DNA from: Octopus bimaculoides
Lineage: Eukaryota
Reading direction: 5' to 3'
Assembly (NCBI RefSeq): GCF_001194135.2
Contig: NC_068998.1
Span: 23,519,770-23,583,769 of the forward strand
Length of the DNA stretch: 64,000 nt
Shown: one piece after another, positions 49,190 through 60,556 of the stretch
Position numbering within the stretch: the first letter of the stretch is position 1
Layout of the letters: every line of letters starts with the position of its first letter
Translations under genes and position numbers: made by a program
Notes under the pieces: model-generated
Databases searched by the model: none
What the model was told of the DNA's origin: nothing
What the model saw: only the letters and a program-made list of their open reading frames with translations

Positions 49190-49395
49190 GAATAGAAAGT
49201 GCGAGATAATTGACTTTCCAGTCCCAAATGATGAAAACATTTATATAAAAAATGTAGAAAGGACGAAAAGTACCAGGAGCTAGATATTAAGTTACAGAGA
49301 CTGTGGAATTTGCGGGTAAAATGTAGCCCAGTAATCATAGTTGCACTGGGAACTATCCCTAAAGATCTGAACAGTTGGATAAAGGAAATATGCAT
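49190..49395 (+). mobile_element. Second, diverged RLE endonuclease fragment
   Basis: EIIDFPVPNDENIYIKNVE / EKYQELDIKLQRLWNLRVKCSPVIIVALGTIPKDLNSWIKEI. Confidence 0.8.
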
Positions 49396-50767
49396 AAAAC
49401 GCTGTTTAGTACATAAAAAGCAGTTTAATAAAATCTCGGCTCTCGAATAAACTTTATTTACAAAAAAAATAAGTGAAATTTTAATGTTTTTTGTATATAT
49501 TCTTCTGCTGGAGAGTGAATTTTAATCGGAGAGCCCGTTGAATTGGTGATGTAGAATATTTCAATGGGAGAAATAAACTGAGAATTGAGTTTAGTTGGAA
49601 ATAATGTTTTTTCTAAACGCGGTATTTTCGCGGATACACAGTGAACTTACATTAATATTTCATAGCTTCCTTATATACTGAACTTACGACATTCAGTTGC
49701 ATCATATCGTTGTAGTATAGATTCTTTGATGCTTATATATTGCAGTTTGTATCTCTACTATAGCATAAAATATATCAGCAACATTATTTTGTATTATTCC
49801 TATTTCTAACAATAGCTCTGCAATGCGACATCGAGAACTCTCTCACTCCGATACATATCACATAACTAGCAGTCAAAATATGCAACGACTATAGACCGTA
49901 CGAAATATGTCCCAGCATAACTGATATCAAATGAATGGCTGGAAACCAGTAAACGCATTTAAAGATACACAATATATAGAAATATACAATTTAGAATTAT
50001 AAATTTAGTATTAAATTTCTATATTAATTAGAATTATCACTATGGCAATAATTCCGTCTCATCTCATTGTTTTGTACGCTCACTTTAAATTTCGTATGGC
50101 AGTAAAAGCAAGCATCACGAAAGGAACACATAATCATAAGTATGCATTAGGAATATCTCATAAACCTGTATAGTTGATTAGGAATCATCGTACATACTTC
50201 CCGTTTATTCATTCGTTATCCAAAATCATTTTAATTAATGCCTAAATTTATATGCTTCACCATAATTAGAACGTTAATATGGTTATCATTAAATTTATAC
50301 TCCATCAAATTTTCACCGGAAGAAAATCCTATTTTCTCCAAGTCTTAATTTGTTTTATTGCTAACGGGTAATTATTCGTTATGGTCTTCAATATTATCTT
50401 CTAAAGAAAAACATGTACAATAGGAGTATTTTCTTTCTCTTAAAGGGGTGTTCTCTGAGTAATTATTCCGTCTACGATATTTAAACAAGTGAAAAAAGGA
50501 AATCGAGAAAGCAGGCTGACTTGAGAATTTTCGTGAAAATGGATATGTAAAAAGAATAATGTATTTTGGTGGTTGTAAATATAATGGTGGATTGCTGTAG
50601 AAAACTCATCAAAATGAATAGATGGGAAGTATAATGAATGGGAATGCGAGTTGAATTTAGTCGTGCAGAAATGAAAGGAATAAACAGTATCCTAAGTTTA
50701 GAGCTTTCATATTTTCTAAGTGATTAAAGTCATTTGGGTGAAAACAAAGCCATAGAATGTTTTGTTT

Positions 50768-50768
50768 C

Positions 50769-50811
<43 letters not shown>

Positions 50812-50868
50812 CTAAGGCAGCAGCAACAGCAGCAGCAGTAGCAGTAGCAGTAGCAGCAGCAGCAGTAG

Positions 50869-50952
<84 letters not shown>

Positions 50953-50991
50953 CAGTAGTAGTAGTAGTAGTAGTAGTTAAAGCAGTAGCAA

Positions 50992-51023
<32 letters not shown>

Positions 51024-51063
51024 GTGGCAGCAGCAGTAGCAGTAGTATTAGTAGTAGTAGTAG
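50768..51063. repeat. Compound (GTA)n/(GCA)n trinucleotide array
   Basis: Direct inspection; source of the poly-V/A and poly-T/A ORFs. Confidence 0.96.
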
Positions 51064-51765
51064 TAAATATCAAAGGAGCAGAACTATGAAAGATGATACA
51101 TTAATCATGTACGGGAATTGTGAATTCCCGTATTTGCTAAGTTACGGAATGTGCTTTAAGGAATTTGTTAGCTTTTCGTATATTTCTATAAATGTTACAA
51201 AGCATAGAAATGGAATGAATCAAGGGATTCAAGTTCGAACTACTTGTCACGGGTTTAAGCGAATTAATTCCTATGGATTTAATACCATCTAAAGTATACG
51301 TTATCTTAAAACAGAAGACTCTTCTGGAAGTCAATTGTAACGGCTATATAACTAACCGTATTTAGAAATTAGGAAAAGTAGCAGCTCTCTCTTTCTCATG
51401 TATATAATGTCTGAGATGTATTCTCTTTACTTCTAATATTGGCAGCGTTATATACACTCAGGATGTTATATTTTGCTTTTATGATTTGATTGCTGTATTC
51501 TTTTGTTAATGACACATTTCCTACACTCCTCTATCTATATGTGTCTGTGTGTTTATATGTAGATGTGTCTGTAAATGTATGTACATGTTACACTGTATGC
51601 AATTACATATTTAACACTAACTTAATATCAGAGATAATTTTTTCTCCTTTTACACACTGTGTAAAATAACAGAAATGTCTCTGAATTATGCCATCGGTGT
51701 GTTAGACACATGATTAAGCGTGATTGCGCTTATGAATGGCAGGCGCTGCTCTAGTAGTCTATAGC

Positions 51766-51893
51766 CCAATCAGGACCTTCGTTCACATATGAAAACAATA
51801 AGATATACATAAGGAGTCTAGTCCTATGACGTCATGCAGTGCTCAGCTCATTATGCCTTTACTCTGCAAGTCTAAAAGCAGAGAATATTTAAA
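51766..51893 (+). promoter_or_regulatory. Candidate promoter cluster: CCAAT box, palindromic CRE, TATA-like element
   Basis: CCAATCAG at 51766, ATGACGTCAT at 51826-51835 and TATTTAAA at 51886-51893, in promoter-like order. Confidence 0.3.
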
Positions 51894-52376
51894 CAGCAAT
51901 ATTTATTGTACACTTCATCGTACATGCGAATAATAAACACAATTGGACAAAGTTTATTTTAAATGAAGTTGCTTAATAATATTATATTGTTTTTATCTAC
52001 TTACCGATTTAAAGACTATATTCACGTCAACAATCATATCTTTTTGCTTTTATATGTTTCAGTGACGTAGTGGAAATTCTTGTCTAGGGTGTAAAAAAAA
52101 AATATCTAATTCGGCATCTTTTCTTGAAGAAGAATCATTACATCATTGAATGGCCAAACTAATGCGCTTTTAACACGCGGTTAATAAGAATTGACATTCG
52201 TACGTTCGTTTAGAAATTGACTGAATGCAGACAGCGACTACATGAATCCAAAGCGGCAGAAAATGTATACAATGATATTTAAAAAAGAGTTACTTAACAT
52301 AACATCCTCGTTGAGCTCTCATTCCCACGTACGCATCATTATTATGTACACACACACTCATTCATACATATATGTA

Positions 52377-52418
<42 letters not shown>

Positions 52419-52993
52419 NNNNNNNNNNNNNNNNNNNNNNNNNNNNNNNNNNNNNNNNNNNNNNNNNNNNNNNNNNNNNNNNNNNNNNNNNNNNNNNNNN
52501 NNNNNNNNNNNNNNNNNNNNNNNNNNNNNNNNNNNNNNNNNNNNNNNNNNNNNNNNNNNNNNNNNNNNNNNNNNNNNNNNNNNNNNNNNNNNNNNNNNNN
52601 NNNNNNNNNNNNNNNNNNNNNNNNNNNNNNNNNNNNNNNNNNNNNNNNNNNNNNNNNNNNNNNNNNNNNNNNNNNNNNNNNNNNNNNNNNNNNNNNNNNN
52701 NNNNNNNNNNNNNNNNNNNNNNNNNNNNNNNNNNNNNNNNNNNNNNNNNNNNNNNNNNNNNNNNNNNNNNNNNNNNNNNNNNNNNNNNNNNNNNNNNNNN
52801 NNNNNNNNNNNNNNNNNNNNNNNNNNNNNNNNNNNNNNNNNNNNNNNNNNNNNNNNNNNNNNNNNNNNNNNNNNNNNNNNNNNNNNNNNNNNNNNNNNNN
52901 NNNNNNNNNNNNNNNNNNNNNNNNNNNNNNNNNNNNNNNNNNNNNNNNNNNNNNNNNNNNNNNNNNNNNNNNNNNNNNNNNNNNNNNNNNNNN

Positions 52994-53057
<64 letters not shown>

Positions 53058-54499
53058 TATATGGGTGGGACGTCTCTGCGTGTATATATCATGAGAAATG
53101 TATACGCATACATAAACATGTAGTGAAAAATAAGATTCCTGCAAAAATGTAAAATTGTGTCGAAACAATTCTAGTGATTTTAATTACAAATGACGCTGAC
53201 TCCATTTTTCTATATACATATATACATACATATATATGCGTGCGTGTGTGTTTCTATACGTGTGAGTGTGTGTGTGTGCGTATACATACTTATAAGCATC
53301 GTGGACTCATACAACGAATCTACATAATCATGCACTTAGAGATCAACTAACATGAAATTAGACAAATGCTCGCTGCATTTCCTTGGCAGAGTGAGATGCT
53401 TACACAGGGTAGTGGAACACTAACACTATAACGGAGACGGCTTTCTTTGAGAGTAACTAGATTATGTGAAATTAAGATTTGGTGGTACAAGTTTGAAATG
53501 TTAGCATGAATGAGATTCTAGTCTATACGTCAGTCAGATGCTATATCTCGCACTCTTGAGTGAGAAGCAGGCAAGCCTAAGTTGGTATATCATATTTAAT
53601 TCTTCTTATTGATGGATACTGCAGGTTGGTAGAGTATGTGTAATCCATCGTGGGATTTAAACCGGAGATTGCGAGCTCTAGTTAACTAGGCAGATGCAAC
53701 GTAGATGACACTCAGTTTGTTGTTGGACAAGTCGTTCCGGGACGAATTAGTCTCCAGATAAAACAGGATAGTCGTACGTTCCCCAACTTGACTGTGCCGT
53801 ACTACTTTTCACGTTCATAGGTACATAGATTTTTAGATTGATATGTAGTTAATTGATTATTACGAATGCAGACAGACACATATATTTGTTTGTACATCTG
53901 CATCAGATTTAGGAAGCATGTGCTTATCATAAGACAATCCGATCTGCTATCGCTATATTCAATATATTACTAATTCTCTTAATTTTTTTTCGATACACTT
54001 TTAGCCACTCAACATGTAACAATTGTTGCATCTTGATTTCTTGAAATATTTGTTATCTGTAGTTCTCTAAGATGCTGATTTCGGCCCTTTTTATATTAAT
54101 TTCACGTGGTACCCCAAGCTTACATCATTACATTTTACTTTCCCTTTAAATTATACACACTTTTCATTTGCCACCAATGTTTTCCTCAACATCTTGATAT
54201 GAAACTTCCTAAAATAATGTCATTTACTGACATATTACTTGAATTTGACTATATATCAGTTGTAGTCTTTCAATGACAGTACATAATCACACTTAAAATG
54301 TTACTGTTGTTAGTGCAATCCACACAGAATTCATTGCTACATGATGATGCAATATTACTTCTAGTTGATATCCATGTTTTAAATGTTGCTAGAGAAGAAG
54401 AGCATCATAAGTTGCAGCGTTGCCACAATAAATAATTTAGAAGAAAGAAAATTAGTATACCTTATGCCAGAAAAATATAGGTTGTCTTATGACCAATGA

Positions 54500-54580
54500 C
54501 TATGATGACCAGCGAAACGGCGGTGCCACAGCATGGCCACAGCTCTAACCTGAAACTACAAAAAGAAAAACAAAAAAGAA
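54500..54580 (+). mobile_element. SINE family B-like 3' tail fragment
   Basis: ggcggtgccacagcatggccacagctctaacctgaaactacaaaaagaaaa resembles the family-B terminus. Confidence 0.6.
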
Positions 54581-57500
54581 AAAGCTATAAATAAATACAA
54601 TCACAGATAGAATAGAAATTTAGGAGTCTTCTTTAAGGAATCCTGGTTTTGTTACAAAACCTCTAGCCAGAAGTTCTGCTCTTGCAGAAAGCTTGATATA
54701 ACTTCGTACGTAATTAAAATGTCTATGTCATTTTCATCAGGGTTATTATATTTGAACGGAAAATATAATATGGCTATTTTGTGGACAATATGAAGAGCGT
54801 TAGTGGAACTTAGAAATGTAATTCGTTAATTTCGTCTGGAGATTCCTATTCTGAATTTTCTTCAATTACTACAATGAGATGCACTGCTAATATGACTTTT
54901 TAGAAGACGTATTGCTTACCCACTAAGCTTGTCTAGCGAGAGGGATTGCTAGAAACACATTATGACCGGAAGCAAAATTTATCAAAATGATGGATGAACC
55001 TAGTATAGTTCAATAACTATGTAATAATATCATGGGCCCCTCAGAGGTTAAGGATTGATGTTCAGAGTACCTAATGCGTGTTTCTAGGAGATATGAAGTG
55101 AAGAGCATTCAACATTTTCGGTAATTTCTGCTTCCACATTTCTGAGACAGCAGCTTTGATTAATACTGGGTATTTTGCCCTTGTTTTTCTTAGGATCATA
55201 TCAGTAGGGTGGAGGAAGTCTGCTAGGCGCTGTGCAAACGTTATAGGAGCAAAAATGTTGTATTGTGCGATAGCCGACGAGGTGCTTTTCAATTCTATGG
55301 CCGGTCGATTAGGATAACATCGTGACGAGTAAGAACGCAGCGATCATGAATCCGTGTGAAATCAAACACGAGCGCAATAACCACATTCATAGTCATTGCT
55401 GGTACTTTGCAGGTCAATGGTCACTGTTGGTCTTGGTGGTCTTTCTCGTTCACAAATAGATAATAATTATGTATGTATATTTTTTTACAAATTTCAAAAT
55501 CCTCAGATTTTTGCTTCAATGTTTGTGATTTCTATTGGTTTAATTTGGCATGGATACAGTAGTAGACTAAGACATAAAGTAATGAACATTGTGCCCTAAT
55601 GACCCAATCAATAATGTATGTAATTCTGTAATGCTAATAAGATATACTTTTGATAACATAAATATGTTTATATTGAGGTAATTAAAACTATGAGAATGTG
55701 AAAAGCTGAAAGCGAAACAATATATTGTCAGATTTCTGCTGACAATAGTATCTAAGCATTCAAGTTAACAATGGAGTACTTTCACAAACAACACACAATT
55801 GTTTCAGCATAGCAAAATAAAGTCAAAATACAGATTAATCAATGAAATTCAGTGTTTTCGTGTTTACTTGTTACCTATATTTTATTGCTAATTACATTTA
55901 TTACTTTTTCAAATATATAAAATTCTGTGCTATTGTTTGATCTCTCAGTTCAAAGTATGTGGTTCTCTGTTTCATTTTTTATTAGTTTGTTTTAATTCTT
56001 AGTTTGTTTTAATTTTAATTATTTTAACAAAATCCGCTGATAAGTTTTAAATAAAAGCTCGTTTCATACGATTTAATCTACAGAAATATTGCAGTTTTCG
56101 TATATAATTCATAAGTGCATTTAATGCATTCCTGATTAGAAAGAGGGATTGAAATGTCTTGAAGCAAATAGAAACCCTAAATTCATAAATAGAGGAAATT
56201 TAATTGAAAGCACAAACGACAATACCATTTTCCGATTATTGCAGCTTAGTTTTATATAATGGTGAAATTAAGTCAAAACATTATTTTTCCTTTTTCTGAT
56301 TCAGATCTACTTCTAATGGAAAAAGAAAAAACGAAGAATCTAATATATTCCATTTTTAAGAAGCTTAATAATTGTCAATTGTACAGAAAAGTAGTTTTGT
56401 TACCAGAAATTTCGGGACATTTGGGACGGAAATCTAAGTTCTAGTTAAAGGATGCTGGCAAAACTTTAAAGGGGTATAAGAGCGTGTACTTGGCCTGAGA
56501 CCAGGAAACTTCATTATTTGTTGATGAAGCTTGTACAGAATGGTGTAGAAGGTTTGTTAAATAAAGAATAATATTGGCAAGTGAACAAGATGTTTGTACA
56601 ATTCAAATGATTCCCCTTATACTTATTCATTCTTCTTACAAATGTATTTTTGTCTTTTTAGATAGATTTCTATTAACAATTCGATATTTTTGTTATTTCA
56701 GCCAATTTTCTCCCTCGTATATAGTAAACATTCTACAAAGGATACTTGCTCAACAAACAACTGTACGCTACGTAAGCAATAAACTCAAAACGCTCCTGCT
56801 ATGACAATAAAGATGCATTGTTTTGATAAAAATAATATTGAAAGGAATATTTTGCTGAAAATAAAACAAAACTTTTCATTCATGATATGTTATCTTTAAA
56901 ATGTATTATGAACAGTGGGGTTGAATAATAGCAATGTTTATAGCTTCGAAAAATATCCGAATTAAATGGAATATTTCAATATTTGGGATTTTGCCTTGTA
57001 TGAAATTTGTGTATAAACGTGACTCAGCAAGTTTAGAGAAGATATAAATGGAAGATATCTCTGCATATAAAAACACTACAAGGAAGTTATATTTGTCTTT
57101 GTTTACTACCGATCAGCTAGTTTCACAGAATTAACATATTTATCAGATAAACTTAGACAAAATTACTACAGCAAAGTGAAAATTATGTATTTATAACTTC
57201 AACTAGAATAATAATTTTTTCTACTGCAAAGCAAAACTGAAGTGAAGTACCGACGAGGAAGATTATTAGTAGCGAAGTTGTTTCTGATTTTTTGTGCTGG
57301 AAATTTATTATCGGTTGTAAGAAAATACAGATTATATTTTAGGCTGTTGTGTCAGTTATAATACGGTTCTGTGTTAATTAAAGGAAGTAAGAAATAGTAA
57401 CAGAAATAGTAATGCAAATTTCCCTCAAAGTGTACAGAACATTCTCACAACATATTTGAAATATTCAATCGCGTACAACAGAATGTTAAATGATTCGGGC

Positions 57501-58602
57501 ACCAGATTTAATTGATTGGTACATTACGTACCTTACGTCACATAATTGGGTTATGCTTCTAGGTTGCTTGCCCTGAATTTCACGAGTAAATTTTCAGCTA
57601 TGAAATGTTAAAACTAGACTGTCGGAGGCCCTGCTTTACTAGCCAGAAGCTGTACAAATTGTTGCGAAGTGAGATTGAATACAGAACTATATGATTGTAA
57701 TGCAAACTGCTTAATGACAGGAATATTCGTGCTGCATAGTACAGAAGTTCCAAATATGCTGCAATAATGTGCATATCGACCATTGTATACAATTGTATAT
57801 TTTCGTTCGAAGGAACTATTTCAGAATAAAAAGAGAATTATTGCGTATTATCGGTGGAGCCATCGTTATTTTAAACATAGAGTAGATAGAGCACTTTAGC
57901 CAGAACATTTTGAGCTTCTTACTTGCGATCAAATGAAACTTAAATATATATGAATTAATAACTATATAAGATGATATCGGTTATTTAGACGTTTCGCTAT
58001 GCTAATAACAGCTTTTGGGCAAACTGTGGAGTGATTCTTTTGTCACATACATATTTAAAACATCTCTTAGATTCCTGTAAAATGAATTATATTACATGTA
58101 TTTTCTCTATTACAAAAGCAGATTATTGGAAAATGTAACCCTTCTGCGAAATGATAAATGAAACAGGTGAAAGCGTTTCCTGAATAAACGTTACACATGT
58201 ATGTGTGTATGTGGTGGGGGTGGGGGGTCACTCTCTCTCTCTCTATATATATATATAAGTGTACATTACATACATGTTATAGTCATTTTAAATACCGAAA
58301 AATAGATGCAGTATCCATATCAATGACTACACGAGTCTGCTGTGTGTTATTTAATCGACACTTCAAAATTTGACATTTCGACCCAAAATTATAGCTGCCC
58401 CGATATGGACTGCTTGCCAACTAATGTATAATTGAGGTTGCCATACGCGTACATGCCCGCACTCATTTTCATTTCAAATCTGAATGCTCGCATTTGCATA
58501 TCTGGACGATGTATTTACATTGTGTTATCTATAAAAGTTTACGTAACATATCTGCACTATTGTACACACAGGCACATACATATATACATACACACATACA
58601 TG

Positions 58603-58693
<91 letters not shown>

Positions 58694-59319
58694 TGATGCA
58701 TATTTATACATTAGGGTTAGTTAAAACATGTTTGTGACAAATTTTAACTGCTAACTGGATAAAATATCTTTCTAAATGGTAAAATGTGTGAAAACACCCG
58801 GTTTCTTCATTGCCGCTATGTATCAGGAATTCCAGACATCGATGTTTCGAGTTTATGGATCATGTCAATGAGATTTACCTAAGAGAGGCAACTCTGAACA
58901 AACTTATAAAGCTTTATGTAAAATTCAGTCAATGCATTGCCTGAGTTGATATGGTCGATCGCGCGATCGAGGAAAATAACGGAATGTCAGGGCGAAGCAG
59001 TGTGTACGTATTACAGAAATTTAGATTAATTTAAATATGTTTGTACATATTTCAACTACTAAAAGGCTATAGTTACCGTGGAGACAATATTTCTTTTATG
59101 CTAAATGGTGGGAAAAACCCCAGTTTATTGTCGCCATCTATCAGAAATGTCAGACTCTGATGTCTAGAGTATGTTGATTGTTATGAAAGGGATATACATA
59201 GCAGCTGAAATATGTAACAAGCATATTTTAATAAACCTAAATTTTCCTTATGCCTCAAAAGGTCTTGGCGCTATCATTTCGTTATCTATGAATTTATGCA
59301 ACACACACGNNNNNNNNNN

Positions 59320-59366
<47 letters not shown>

Positions 59367-60359
59367 TCATGTGGTCCCTCAATCGCCTACAGCAGTTAGC
59401 AAGTAGTTAATAATATCGTCATAATCGAAAACATGTTCCTTAGAAGTTTAATAATAAATAAATACATTGCAAAAAAAATATGCATACGATGCCCAAAAGT
59501 CATATAAGTGTCTCTACTTAATTACTTAATAGATATTCATACATAGTATTATTCTGTTTTTTTTTTCTAAAAAACATATCGTGAGTATGATGGAACTTGC
59601 GATATATTAATCATTTTATGATTTTATGAGGTGAGACGTTTCCTAAAATTTGTAAATAATTACAATGTGGAGGAAATACATGGAATTTGTTTTTTCCATC
59701 AACGTTAGTTGTTTACGAAGCGAGGAGGCTGACAAAAAATTTCTTAGAGTCTACCTAAAGAATAATAGATATTTCGGGCGATATTCTGCATATTAATGAT
59801 AATTTACATTAATGATTACTTCTAGCTTCTGCTACAAAAAAAATCGCTGATCTCTTTACGGCCAATTGTTTGAGGTGTAGGCGTTTATATTATAGAGTTA
59901 TTTTGTAATGACATACGTATGTTTGTTGAAGAGAAGAAACAGCTATCCATAAGCATATGCACCTTCTCTATCGTTAACATTTTCTGGTGGATATTCAGGA
60001 GATTGCAGCTAGAATGCTACACATGCATTTGGAGATTTTAACTGATACGACTTTTACAAAGTACGTTATAAGTTCGTTACGAGGCAAAGCAGGATTACAA
60101 ATTTTAAAGCGAAATTCACACCCCATAACATCAAATATGAAAATGATTATATATATATACTCGTTTTACATATACCTAGTACGAACTTCTTTAAATTTTG
60201 AATTATTAAAGACAATAATAATTACTGTCTAGAGCTGATTAGGATTTCACGGGGAAAATAACATTAGACATTATTAGCATTTGATAATATCCGATCTATC
60301 CCTCCCTCGAATTACTGGTCTTGGGCCAAAATTTGAAATCAATCTTACCCACTATCAAA

Positions 60360-60556
60360 GCTGTGAACGGGAAGAGTCGTTAGCATATGGGATAAAATGC
60401 TTTGCGGGATTTCGGCCGTATTTACTCCGCCAAGGCTGGTTTTGCCTCTCATTCTTTCGAGTTGATAAATCAATACGAGTTAAGCATTGAGTTCGATGTA
60501 ATCAACATATCTGGGTCCACGAATTTTCTGGTCTTGTACCAAAATTTAAAACCGTT
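60360..60556 (+). mobile_element. SINE family A copy, preceded by a tail fragment at 60300-60350
   Basis: gctgtgaac...gtcgttagca...aaaatgctttgcgggatttcggccg...ttttgcctctcattctttcgagttgataa...gatgtaatcaac...ctggtcttgtaccaaaatttaaaacc. Confidence 0.75.

Noticed and set aside
56305-56444. Possible terminal exon after a strong pyrimidine tract
   Set aside because: Two alternative short frames, neither recognisable; AT-rich DNA yields such tracts often.
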